Positions 36,983 through 46,419 of a DNA stretch of 64,000 nt are shown here, in pieces. The translations under genes and the position numbers were made by a program. This DNA is from Desulfomicrobium sp. (GTDB lineage Bacteria > Desulfobacterota > Desulfovibrionia > Desulfovibrionales > Desulfomicrobiaceae), in the NCBI GenBank assembly GCA_040768745.1, contig JAXGMI010000001.1, positions 864,001 through 928,000 on the forward strand, written 5' to 3'. The notes under the pieces were generated by a model, which made no database searches, was not told the DNA's origin, and saw only the letters and a list, made by a program, of their open reading frames with translations. Numbering within the stretch: the first letter of the stretch is position 1; every line of letters begins with the position of its first letter.

Positions 36983-37978
36983 TGGTTCGACAAGCTCACC
37001 ACGAACGGACAAAAAATTCACGAACGGACAAAAAATGCCCCGCTCCGTTCGCCCTGAGCAGCGAAGCGGGTCGAAGGGCGCGAAAGTGAAATCCCTGGTT
37101 CGACAGGCTCACCACGAACGGACAAGAAATTCACGTGCGACAAGAAATGCCCCCTCTCCGTTCGCCCTGAGCAGCGAAGCGGGTCGAAGGGCTCGAAAGT
37201 CGGAAAACGTGGTTCGACAAGCTCACCACGAACGGACAAGAAATTCACGAACGGACAAGAAATTCACGTGCGGACAAGAAATGCCCCCCGCTCCGTTCGC
37301 CCTGAGCAGCGAAGCGGGTCGAAGGGCGCGAAAGTGAAATCCCTGGTTCGACAGGCTCACCACGAACGGGCAAGAAATTCACGAATGGACAAGAAATGCC
37401 CCTCTCCGTTCGCCCTGAGCAGCGAAGCGGTCGAAGGGCGGGAAAGTGAAATCCCTGGTTCGACAGGCTCACCACGAACGGAGACACGCTCACCACGAAC
37501 GGAGACAGGTGCACCACGAACGGGCAAGAAATTCACGAATGGACAAGAAATGCCCCTCTCCGTTCGCCCTGAGCAGCGAAGCGGGTCGAAGGGCGCAAAA
37601 GTCGGAAAACGTGGTTCGACAGGCTCACCACGAACGGAGACAGGCTCACCACGAACGGAGACAGGCTCACCACGAACGGACAAGAAATTCACGAATGGAC
37701 AAGAAATGCCCCTCTCCGTTCGCCCTGAGCAGCGAAGCGGGTCGAAGGGCGCAAAGGGAAAAGCCCTGGTTCGACAGGCTCACCATGAACGGGCAAGAAA
37801 TGCCCCTCCCCGTTCGCCCTGAGCAGCGAAGCGGGTCGAAGGGCGGGAAAGTTAAAACCCCTGGTTCGACAGGCTCACCACGAACGGAGACAGGCTCACC
37901 ACGAACGGACAAGAAATTCACGAACGGACAAGAAATGCCCCTCTCCGTTCGCCCTGAGCGGCGAAGCGAGTCGAAGGG
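36983..37978. repeat. Right arm of the A/B inverted hairpin repeat array (8 B, 8 A)
   Basis: B at 36983, 37096, 37210, 37344, 37456, 37612, 37767, 37862; A at 37045, 37158, 37293, 37406, 37560, 37716, 37810, 37945; modular 19- and 21-bp linkers. Confidence 0.95.
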
Positions 37979-38054
37979 CGCGAACTGAAAACGCCTTATT
38001 TTTCAATAAAAACAAGTAGATGAACAATACCAAAATGATCCACAAGGAGGAGTC

Positions 38055-38759
38055 ATGAACTTCCGGACCGCCACCCAGACCCGCACCGACGTGCGGGCCA
38101 CCAACTCGTACCTGCGCGGGGTGTACAACTGGATGAGCCTGGGCCTGGCCCTGACCGCCATGGTGGCCTACGCCGTGGCCACGACCCCCGCAGTAGCCCA
38201 GGTCATCTTCACCAACCCCATACTGTTCTGGGGCCTGATCCTGGCCCAGTTCGGCCTGGTCCTGGGGCTGTCCGGCGCCGTGCACCGCATGTCCGCCGCT
38301 GCGGCCACGGGCCTGTTTTTGCTCTACAGCGCCCTGAACGGCGCCACCCTGTCCTCCATCCTCATGGTCTACACGGCGGCCTCGGTCTTCAAGGCCTTCA
38401 TCGTGTGCACGGGCATGTTCGCGGCCATGAGCATTTACGGGACCGTGACCAAAAGGGACCTGACCTCCATGGGCAGTTTCCTGTTCATGGGCCTCATCGG
38501 CATCATCATCGCCTCCATCGTGAACATCTTCATGGCCAGTCCGGTTCTGGACTTCGCCATCAGCGGCATCGGGGTGCTCATCTTCACCGGCCTGACCGCC
38601 TACGACACCCAGAAGCTGAAGATGATGGGCGAATCCGCACCCATGGACGACGCCCTGGCCATCCGCCGCGGCACCATCCTCGGCGCCCTGACCCTGTACC
38701 TGGACTTCATCAACCTGTTCCTGTTCCTGCTCAGGTTCTTCGGATCTTCCCGCGAGTGA
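38055..38759 (+). CDS. Bax inhibitor-1/YccA (YbhL-like) membrane protein
   Basis: Seven TM segments; YLRGVYNWM, TAYDTQKLK and GALTLYLDFINLF motifs; AAGGAGG RBS. Confidence 0.92.
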   Translation: MNFRTATQTRTDVRATNSYLRGVYNWMSLGLALTAMVAYAVATTPAVAQVIFTNPILFWGLILAQFGLVLGLSGAVHRMSAAAATGLFLLYSALNGATLSSILMVYTAASVFKAFIVCTGMFAAMSIYGTVTKRDLTSMGSFLFMGLIGIIIASIVNIFMASPVLDFAISGIGVLIFTGLTAYDTQKLKMMGESAPMDDALAIRRGTILGALTLYLDFINLFLFLLRFFGSSRE

Positions 38760-38805
38760 TCCCCGGGGCGGCCCGCCCGGCCGCCCTTTCCATGGCAGGA
38801 CAGGC

Positions 38806-39903
38806 ATGACCCCAGACCGCGTCACCCATTACCAGCGCAAATTCGAGCAGATCCTCGGCCCCGTGGCCAGGGCCTACGCCCGGATCATGCGCCTGCGCGC
38901 CGGCCTGTACGCCTCGGGCCGCCTGTCCTCCTGGCGGCCCCCGGCCCCGTGCATCAGCGTGGGCAACATCTCCTGGGGCGGAACGGGCAAGACCCCGGTG
39001 GTGGCCTGGCTTCTGGACTGGGCCATCGGGGAGGGGCTGCGGCCGGTGGTGCTGACCCGGGGCTACGGCGGCATGCCGCCGCACCGCCCCTATGACGTGC
39101 AGCTCCTCAGTCCCCCGCGCGAAGCCGGGGACGAGCCCCTGCTCCTCAAGCGCGCCTTTCCCCAGGCCCGGATCATGGTCGATCCCAACCGGGTCCGCGC
39201 CGGAAAGCAGGCCGCCGCCGAAAACGGAGTCGACCTGTTCGTGCTGGACGACGGGTACCAGCACCTGCGGGTAACCCGGGACCTGAACCTCTGCCTGCTC
39301 TGCCCCCCGGACCTGGACACCCAATGGAACCGCGTCCTGCCGGTCGGCTCGTGGCGTGAGGACGTTTCGGCCCTGGCCCGGGCCGATGCCTTCCTGATCA
39401 ACACCATGTTCGACGACGACGGATGCCTGGAGATGATCGCCCGCATCCAGCTGGTGTCCCTGGGCAAGCCTATCTTCTTTTTTCAGGTCACGGCCCGGGG
39501 AGTGGCCAACACCCTGACCGGCGAGACCCTGAACAGCCTGGCGGGCCAGCGCTTCATCCTGGTCACAGGCATCGCCAACCCCCAGAAGGTCTCCCAGACC
39601 TGCCGGAACGATCTCGGCGAAGCACCCGTCCGGCACCTCATCTACGCGGACCACCACTCCTTCACCCAGGATGACTGGAACGCCATTGCGGCTGCAGCCG
39701 ATCGCAACGAATGCACCCGCATCGTGTGCACCCCCAAGGACGCCGTCAAACTGGCCCCTTTTGCCGACCACCGGCTGTGGGCCACACAGCTGACCACGTC
39801 CTTCTCCTCTGTGGGGTCCCAATCCTTCCGTGCCTGGCTTGACGCCTGCATGACCTTTTTACCCCGGAATTTCCATGCCTCCCAAGAAAAAACAGACCCC
39901 TAG
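38806..39903 (+). CDS. lpxK: Tetraacyldisaccharide 4'-kinase LpxK
   Basis: SVGNISWGGTGKTP, TRGYGG, GDEP, LDDGYQH and DHH.F motifs. Confidence 0.93.
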   Translation: MTPDRVTHYQRKFEQILGPVARAYARIMRLRAGLYASGRLSSWRPPAPCISVGNISWGGTGKTPVVAWLLDWAIGEGLRPVVLTRGYGGMPPHRPYDVQLLSPPREAGDEPLLLKRAFPQARIMVDPNRVRAGKQAAAENGVDLFVLDDGYQHLRVTRDLNLCLLCPPDLDTQWNRVLPVGSWREDVSALARADAFLINTMFDDDGCLEMIARIQLVSLGKPIFFFQVTARGVANTLTGETLNSLAGQRFILVTGIANPQKVSQTCRNDLGEAPVRHLIYADHHSFTQDDWNAIAAAADRNECTRIVCTPKDAVKLAPFADHRLWATQLTTSFSSVGSQSFRAWLDACMTFLPRNFHASQEKTDP

Positions 39904-41977
39904 ATTCTCCGCCAAGAGCCTCCTCGCCCTGCTCAAGGAATCCGGCTCCCCGCTGCCTCCCAAGACCATCTTCGGCACCTTCCAGGCCGACGCCTCCCTG
40001 AAGAAAGTGATCAAATCCACCCTGGCCCAACTGGCCGCAGCCGGCCAGATCCAGCAGGTCGGCAAAAGCTTCGGGCTGCTGGAGAACCTGCCCCAGGTCA
40101 CAGGGGTTCTGGATGTGCGCCGCTCCGGGGTGGGCTTTGTCATCCCCGAAAACCGGCAGGGCCGGGACGTGTTCATCCACCCTGGCAATTTCGGCGAGGC
40201 CTGGCCCGGGGACAAGGTCGTGGCCGTGGTGGACAGCCAGCGCCGCAAGGACTCCCCCGAAGGCCGCATCGTGCGCGTCATCGAGCGGGGGACCAGGGAA
40301 CTCATGGTCCGGGTCCGCCGCCGTGTGGCCGCAAACAGCTACTTCTGCCACCCCACGGACTCCCGCATGCCCTTCTACGCCGTGGTGGACACCAGCGCGG
40401 TGCCCGACCCCGAAAAGGGGGACATCCTGAGCGTGACCCTGGTGCGGGAGCAGGAAAAGGGCCTCTGGCAGTGCACGGCCCTGCGCCGCCTGGGCGAGGA
40501 ACGGGACCTGGCCACGCAGGAACTGCTGGTCAAGACGGGATACGGCATCGCCGAGCAGTTTCCCCAGGCGGCCCTGCGCCAGGCCCGGGATCTGCCCGAG
40601 GCCCCCGGCCCGGAAGACTGGCAGGATCGCATGGACCTGCGCCAGCTGCCCCTGGTGACCATCGACGGGGAGACGGCCAAGGATTTCGACGACGCGGTGT
40701 ACGTGGAACGCCAGGAAAACGGGTACCGTCTGTTGGTGGCCATCGCCGACGTGGCCCACTACGTGCCCGAAGGCTCGGCCCTGGACCTGGAAGCCAGGGA
40801 CCGGGGTAATTCCTACTACTTTCCCCTGTCCGTGGAACCCATGTTCCCCGAGGCCCTGTCCAACGGCCTGTGCAGCCTGCGGCCCCACCTGCCGCGCCTG
40901 GCCATGGTCGTGGACACGCCCTACTCCCTGGACGGCCGGCCCGGGTCGCCTCGGCTCTACAGCGCCGTGATCCGGAGCGCGGCCCGCCTGACCTACACCC
41001 AGGTCCAGCAGGCCCTGGACGGGGACCCGGACCAGACCACCCGGCCCCTGCTGCCCATGCTGGAACAGGCCAGGGAACTGGCCCTGCTCTTCATGCAGCT
41101 CCGCGCGGAACGGGGCTGCCTGGACTTCGACATCCCCGAGGCCGCGGTCACCCTGGACCAGGGCGTGGTGCGGGTCGGGACCACGACCCGGCTCTTCAGC
41201 CACCGGCTCATCGAGGAGTTCATGATCGCGGCCAACGAGCGGGTAGCCGAATACCTGGGCGGCCGGCAGCGGGTTTTCCCCTACCGCATCCATCCCCAGC
41301 CCGACGAACGCAAGCTGGAAGGCCTGCTGGGCATGCTGGCCCACACGGCCGTGGCGGACAGGCTGCCGAGGACGACCGACCAGGCCGGCCTGCAGCAGCT
41401 GTCCCGGGCCGTGCACGGCACGGACCTCGAATATTTGGTCAACCGTTTGATTTTACGGACCATGATGCAGGCCCAGTACTCTCCCGACAACGACGGCCAC
41501 TACGGTCTGGCCTCGGAAGCCTACTGCCATTTCACCTCGCCCATCCGGCGCTACGCCGACCTGCTGGTGCACCGCAGCCTGAAGCGGCTTGTGGCCGGGC
41601 AGGCCGAAAGCATGGAGCCCGAGGCGCTGCATGCCATCTGCGAAGGAATGAACGCCTGCGAGCGCAAGGCCATGGAGGCGGAACGGGAAATACAGAAAAG
41701 GGCGGCCATTCTGGCCCTGGAGGACAGGGTCGGCGAAGAGATGCGCGGGGTCATCTCCGGGGTGGCGGATTTCGGATTCTGGGTGGAGCTGCTGGACATC
41801 CCGGCGGACGGCCTGGTCCGCCTGGCCACCCTGGACGACTACTACGTCTATGATCCCGAGCGGCAGGACCTTCTGGGCCAGCGCACGGGCAGGACCTTCG
41901 CCATGGGCCAGACCCTGACCGTGATCCTGGAGCATGTCAGCCTGGAACGGGTGGAGATCAACTTCATCCTGCCCTGA
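39875..41977 (+). CDS. rnr: Ribonuclease R
   Basis: Cold-shock domains, TIDGETAKDFDDA, IEEFMIAAN, HFTSPIRRYADL and a C-terminal S1 domain. Confidence 0.92.
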   Translation: MPPKKKQTPRFSAKSLLALLKESGSPLPPKTIFGTFQADASLKKVIKSTLAQLAAAGQIQQVGKSFGLLENLPQVTGVLDVRRSGVGFVIPENRQGRDVFIHPGNFGEAWPGDKVVAVVDSQRRKDSPEGRIVRVIERGTRELMVRVRRRVAANSYFCHPTDSRMPFYAVVDTSAVPDPEKGDILSVTLVREQEKGLWQCTALRRLGEERDLATQELLVKTGYGIAEQFPQAALRQARDLPEAPGPEDWQDRMDLRQLPLVTIDGETAKDFDDAVYVERQENGYRLLVAIADVAHYVPEGSALDLEARDRGNSYYFPLSVEPMFPEALSNGLCSLRPHLPRLAMVVDTPYSLDGRPGSPRLYSAVIRSAARLTYTQVQQALDGDPDQTTRPLLPMLEQARELALLFMQLRAERGCLDFDIPEAAVTLDQGVVRVGTTTRLFSHRLIEEFMIAANERVAEYLGGRQRVFPYRIHPQPDERKLEGLLGMLAHTAVADRLPRTTDQAGLQQLSRAVHGTDLEYLVNRLILRTMMQAQYSPDNDGHYGLASEAYCHFTSPIRRYADLLVHRSLKRLVAGQAESMEPEALHAICEGMNACERKAMEAEREIQKRAAILALEDRVGEEMRGVISGVADFGFWVELLDIPADGLVRLATLDDYYVYDPERQDLLGQRTGRTFAMGQTLTVILEHVSLERVEINFILP

Positions 41978-42204
41978 AGCTGATAAGGAGTTGCGGGAAG
42001 AAATTTCATCCCTATGGAGCGGAGTGAAAAAATAGACTCACCCTTCCGGTCATGAAAGAGACAAAGGCATGGATCCCAGTCCGCACGGAGATGACGCCGA
42101 AACTGCTTCCAAGCCCCCATGTCATTCCCGCGAACGTGTGCCCGACAGGGTAAATCCATCGGTGTACGTGATGCGGCAAGGCAGGACCCGCCTTGCCTCC
42201 CCCC

Positions 42205-43569
42205 TCACTTCCCGATGCAGAAACGGTCGAAGACGGCGTTTAGCACGTCCTCCGAGGCCATCTCGCCGGTGATCTCGCCCAGGACGGCGCAGGCCGTGTC
42301 CAGACGCACGGACAAGAGGTCGTAGGGCAGGCCGTTTTCCAGCTCCCCGAGCATGGCTTCCAGTTCCCGCGCGGCCCGCTGGAGGGCGTCGTGCTGGCGC
42401 AGGTTGGGCACGGGGGCGTCGGGGCCAGGTGCGTTCCCGCCGGCCACTTGCGCGCGCACCGTGGCCAGCAGCTCCTGCACACCCTGCCCGAACTTGGCTG
42501 CAATGGGGCAGAGGACCTTGCCCTTCCAGGGCTCCTCCCCGAACCAGGCCGGGCAGCCCGCCAACAGGTCCATCTTGTTGGCGACGATGACCAGGTCCGG
42601 GACCTCGGCGGCCAGGTCCAGGTCCTCGGCCCCGGGGCCCAGGTCCGCGTCGATGACCAGAAGGACCAGATCGGCCCGGCGCATCAGTTCGCGAGTGCGC
42701 TCCATGCCCAACAGTTCCACCTCGTCCCCGGCCGCGCGGAGCCCGGCCGTGTCCACCAGGCGCACGGGCAGGCCGTCCAGGTGCACAGACTCCTCCAGAT
42801 AGTCCCGGGTGGTGCCCGGGATCTCGGTCACGATGGCCCGGTTGACACCCAGGATGGCGTTCATCAGGCTGGACTTGCCGGCATTGACCTGCCCGGCCAG
42901 CACCACCAGGGCCCCGTCCCGCCAACACCGGGCCTGGTCGTAACTGCCGGCCAGATCGAGCATGGCCTGCCGCGTCTCGTTCAGCCGCTGAAGAAGTTCG
43001 GCCGGGGCCAGGCACTCCACCTCGTCCTCCGGAAAATCCACGGCCACGCACAACTGGGCGCGCAGGCCTTCCAGCAGGCCGCGCAGTTCACCGATCCGGC
43101 GGGCCAGCAGGCCGTCCAGCTTGCTCCCAGCCAGCCCCACGGCCACTTCCGACCTGGCCTGCACCAGCTCCATGATGGCCTCGGCCTGGGTCAGATCCAC
43201 GCGCCCGTTCAAAAAGGCCCGCTTGGAAAACTCCCCTGGCCCGGCCAGCCTGGCCCCGCGGGCCAGACACTCCTCCACCACCTCCCGAAGCACGGTTCCA
43301 CCCCCGTGACAGTGCAACTCCGCCACATCCTCCCCGGTAAAGGAGCGCGGCCCAGGCATCCAGGCCAGCAGCACCTCGTCCACAAACCTCCCGCCCTGGC
43401 CGAGGATGCGGCCATGGTGCAGGTGGTAGGGCTTCAGGCCGCCGAAGCGCGGACGGGAGGAATGGAAAAGGGCCAGGGCGATGTCCCGGCTGGCAGGTCC
43501 GCTCAGGCGGACAATGCCGATGGCGCCCTGGCCTGGGGGGGTGGCTATGGCAACGATGGTGTCATTCAT
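42205..43569 (-). CDS. mnmE: tRNA modification GTPase MnmE
   Basis: DTIVAIATPPG, SFTGED, NAGKSSL, IPGTTRD, DTAG and FCIGK motifs. Confidence 0.97.
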   Translation of the reverse strand: MNDTIVAIATPPGQGAIGIVRLSGPASRDIALALFHSSRPRFGGLKPYHLHHGRILGQGGRFVDEVLLAWMPGPRSFTGEDVAELHCHGGGTVLREVVEECLARGARLAGPGEFSKRAFLNGRVDLTQAEAIMELVQARSEVAVGLAGSKLDGLLARRIGELRGLLEGLRAQLCVAVDFPEDEVECLAPAELLQRLNETRQAMLDLAGSYDQARCWRDGALVVLAGQVNAGKSSLMNAILGVNRAIVTEIPGTTRDYLEESVHLDGLPVRLVDTAGLRAAGDEVELLGMERTRELMRRADLVLLVIDADLGPGAEDLDLAAEVPDLVIVANKMDLLAGCPAWFGEEPWKGKVLCPIAAKFGQGVQELLATVRAQVAGGNAPGPDAPVPNLRQHDALQRAARELEAMLGELENGLPYDLLSVRLDTACAVLGEITGEMASEDVLNAVFDRFCIGK

Positions 43570-43608
43570 GGCTTGAAATGCTGGCGGGACAGGAAGACCG
43601 CCCTGGTT

Positions 43609-44502
43609 TCAGGATTCTCTGGTCTGGGAAGAGCCCCCGCTTCGGGGAGACCGGCCCGGGGACTTGGCCCGCTTGACCGGCAGGATCAGCACCCGCTTCT
43701 TGGAACCCTCCCCCTTGCTTCTGGTCTGCACTTCCTTGTCGTCCTGCAGGGCCATGTGCACGACCCGGCGATGAAAGGAACTCAGCGGCCGAGTGCTCTG
43801 CACCTTGCCGGATTTCTTTGCCTTTTCCGACAGGAACTGGGCCATGCCCAAAAGCTGTTCCTCCTGTTTCTGGCGGTAGTCCCCGGCATCGAGCTGGATG
43901 CGGGGACTCTGGGGCCAGGTCTTGGACACGATGCGGTTGGCCAGGTACTGCAGCGCGGTGATGGTCTGGCCGTCCCGGCCGATGATCAGCCCGGAATTCT
44001 CCTCGTCCGCGATGTGCACGGTCACGACGTCTTCGTTCACCGCGACGGTCAGAACGGGGTCCGCACAAACGGGCCGCAGGAGCGCGGCCATGATGGTCCG
44101 GACCTCGCTGGCCAGACGCCCCTGCTCCTCCTGGGACAGGACCGCGGCGACCCTCGGCTCCTCGTCCTCCTCGAACTCCGCCTCGGCCTCCATCTGAACT
44201 GCCTCGGCGTCAGGGGGCAGGTCCGCCACACCCCTTGCCTCTTCGATCTTCGCAAGGGGCAGGTCCCCCGCGTCCTGGACCGCCGCTGCGGCTGTTTCCG
44301 GGACTGCGGCCGGGGAGGTCGGTGTGGACCGTCTCCGCCTGGCCCGAATGGCGGCCTTCTTGGCGCCCAGCCCGAAGATACCGGTCGAACCGCCGCTGAC
44401 AATCTCGATTTCCAGGGCATCCCGGTCCACGGCGAAAAAGCGGCATGCATCCGCAATGGCCTGATCCACGGTCTTGGCCCGAAACTCCTTATATGTATCC
44501 AT
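43609..44502 (-). CDS. jag: Jag/EloR (KhpB) RNA-binding protein
   Basis: Jag_N (KTVDQAI..GIFGLG), KH (GLIIGRDGQT) and R3H (RRVVH) domains. Confidence 0.92.
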   Translation of the reverse strand: MDTYKEFRAKTVDQAIADACRFFAVDRDALEIEIVSGGSTGIFGLGAKKAAIRARRRRSTPTSPAAVPETAAAAVQDAGDLPLAKIEEARGVADLPPDAEAVQMEAEAEFEEDEEPRVAAVLSQEEQGRLASEVRTIMAALLRPVCADPVLTVAVNEDVVTVHIADEENSGLIIGRDGQTITALQYLANRIVSKTWPQSPRIQLDAGDYRQKQEEQLLGMAQFLSEKAKKSGKVQSTRPLSSFHRRVVHMALQDDKEVQTRSKGEGSKKRVLILPVKRAKSPGRSPRSGGSSQTRES

Positions 44503-44568
44503 CCCTTTCTCCTTGAACGCTTCCATGCCTTCGATCCTCGCGCCCTGGGGCCGCGCGAGGGGGTCCTC

Positions 44569-46188
44569 CTACTTGGCCTTTCTGATCATCAGCCACTGCT
44601 GGGCAATGGACAGCACGTTGTTGACCAGCCAATAGACGACCAGACCCGAAGGGAAGTTCAGGAAAAGGAAGGTGAAGATGACGGGCATGAGCATCATGAT
44701 CTTGGCCTGCATGGGATCGCCCATGGGCGGCGACATGCGCTGCTGCAGGAACATGGTGGCGCCCATGACCAGGGGGGTGATATAGTAGGGATCCTTGGCC
44801 GAGAGGTCGGCCAGCCAGACCAGGTCCGTGAAGGGCAGTTGGGTGATGAACGAGGCGTGCCGCAGCTCGATGGCCCCCAGCAGGGCCTGATACAAGGCGA
44901 AAAACACGGGGATCTGCAGCAGCATGGGCACGCACCCGCCGGCTGGGTTGACCTTGTAGGTCTTGTACAGCTGCATGATTTCCGCATTCATCTTCTCACG
45001 GTCGTCGGCGTACTTCTCGCGGATCTTGGCCATCATGGGTTGGAGCTTCTTCATCTGCTCCATGGATTTGTAGCTCTTGTGCGAAAGGGGCCAGAACAAA
45101 GCCTTGATGATGACCGTCAGGATGATGATGGCCACGCCGTAGTTGCCCACGTACCCGTACAGGAAATGCAGGAACTGGTTCAGGGGCTTGGCGATGATGT
45201 CAAAAAAACCGTAGTTGATGCTGGCCTTCAGGTTCTTGGGCATGATCTCCAGGGCGCCCTGGGTTTTGGGACCCAGGTAGTAGGAACAGGTCCGCAGCTG
45301 GGTGGTGCCCGGATCCAGCAGCATCTGGTCGGCGACCGTCAGCCTGTAGACGTTGTCCTCCAGCTTGGCCCGCACGATCATGTCCGCCGAAGTCGGCACC
45401 AGGGCCAGGAGGAAATAGTTGCTTTCGATCCCGCCCCACAGCGCCGGGGTGCCTGATTCCACGCCCAGCTGCAGATCCTTCTGGCTGTCCTCCTCGGTCA
45501 GCGACGTGCCAACCATGTAGGCGATCTTGGTCAGGTTGTACTTGTCGCTTTCGGCCGTGAGCGGGACGCTGGACACGGAAAAGGCCAGGTTGCCCTGGAT
45601 CTGGGCCGGCGAGGTGTTGGTGATCTTGACCTCTTCCTTGATTTCGTAGGTGCCGGCCGAGAACGACAGGACGCGCACGATCTGCACCCCGCCCAAGGTT
45701 CCGGTCAGCTGGATGGTCCCGGACTGGCCGTCGGACAGGCTGAGGCTTTCGCCCTGCACGGCCCACTGCCCCTGAGCCCATGAGGGCTGGGTGTTCCAGA
45801 TCAGGCCCAGGGGGGCCTTGGTCACGGACTGGGGCGTGACCAAGTCGATATTCCTGGAATCCGGGGCGATGGTTTCCTTGTACTCCTTGAGCACAAAACT
45901 CTCCAGCACGCCGCCGGAGGAATTGATCACCGCATGGTACAGGGGGGTGTCAACGGTCAGGCGCTCCCCGCTGGAAGGGGTGAACTGCACGGTCGGAGCG
46001 GCCGGAAGGGCTTGCGCCGGGCCCGGCGCCACAGTGCTGCTAGCCACGGTCTGGTTGGGGTCGGCCGCGGTCTGGTTATCGGTGACCAGCGGCGTGACGG
46101 GCGGGAAAAAATAATTCCAGGTCAGAAGGACCATCAGGGACAAAACCACCGCAAGGATGACACGTTTATTGTTATCCATTGATTTCAT
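44569..46188 (-). CDS. yidC: Membrane protein insertase YidC
   Basis: NYGVAIIILT, GGCVPMLLQIPVFFALY and PSGLVVYWLVNN motifs (alternative ATG 46179). Confidence 0.96.
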   Translation of the reverse strand: MKSMDNNKRVILAVVLSLMVLLTWNYFFPPVTPLVTDNQTAADPNQTVASSTVAPGPAQALPAAPTVQFTPSSGERLTVDTPLYHAVINSSGGVLESFVLKEYKETIAPDSRNIDLVTPQSVTKAPLGLIWNTQPSWAQGQWAVQGESLSLSDGQSGTIQLTGTLGGVQIVRVLSFSAGTYEIKEEVKITNTSPAQIQGNLAFSVSSVPLTAESDKYNLTKIAYMVGTSLTEEDSQKDLQLGVESGTPALWGGIESNYFLLALVPTSADMIVRAKLEDNVYRLTVADQMLLDPGTTQLRTCSYYLGPKTQGALEIMPKNLKASINYGFFDIIAKPLNQFLHFLYGYVGNYGVAIIILTVIIKALFWPLSHKSYKSMEQMKKLQPMMAKIREKYADDREKMNAEIMQLYKTYKVNPAGGCVPMLLQIPVFFALYQALLGAIELRHASFITQLPFTDLVWLADLSAKDPYYITPLVMGATMFLQQRMSPPMGDPMQAKIMMLMPVIFTFLFLNFPSGLVVYWLVNNVLSIAQQWLMIRKAK

Positions 46189-46418
46189 TCTCGCTTTGAC
46201 AAGTTAGGAACAGGAACCGGATCATAGCCTCCGGCGCACAGGGGATGACAGCGAACCAGCCGGCGCAGGGTGAGGCCCATGCCCCGCACTATCCCGTGAG
46301 AAAGGACGGCCTGCCGGGCGTATTCGGAACACGAAGGCGTGAAACGGCAACAGGGAGAATAGAGTGGAGATATCAGATACTGATACAGGGTAAGAAGGGA
46401 TACGAAAGCACGGCGCAT
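46185..46418 (-). CDS. yidD: Membrane protein insertion efficiency factor YidD
   Basis: YQYLISP..CRFTPSCSEY...RCHP..GGYDPVP. Confidence 0.93.
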   Translation of the reverse strand: MRRAFVSLLTLYQYLISPLYSPCCRFTPSCSEYARQAVLSHGIVRGMGLTLRRLVRCHPLCAGGYDPVPVPNLSKRE

Positions 46419-46419
46419 G

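Noticed and set aside
36206..37978. CRISPR array
   Set aside because: The repeats alternate in orientation, the intervening sequences are short and reused rather than unique spacers, and no cas genes are present.
36077..37988. ORFs translated across the repeat array (e.g. 37268-37822, 37446-37988, 37357-37692)
   Set aside because: They are repetitive translations (PFALSSEA, VRGEPVEP) arising from stop-poor repeats in several frames, with no RBS.
42120..42158. REP-like GTCATTCCCGCGAA element between rnr and mnmE
   Set aside because: Only the left half matches; there is no complementary GCGGGAAT arm and it is a single copy.
42391..45456. 1021-aa + strand ORF and other long antisense ORFs (e.g. 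57638-59812, 22504-24174, 33519-35303)
   Set aside because: They are shadow frames of well-supported genes in GC-rich DNA and carry no motifs.
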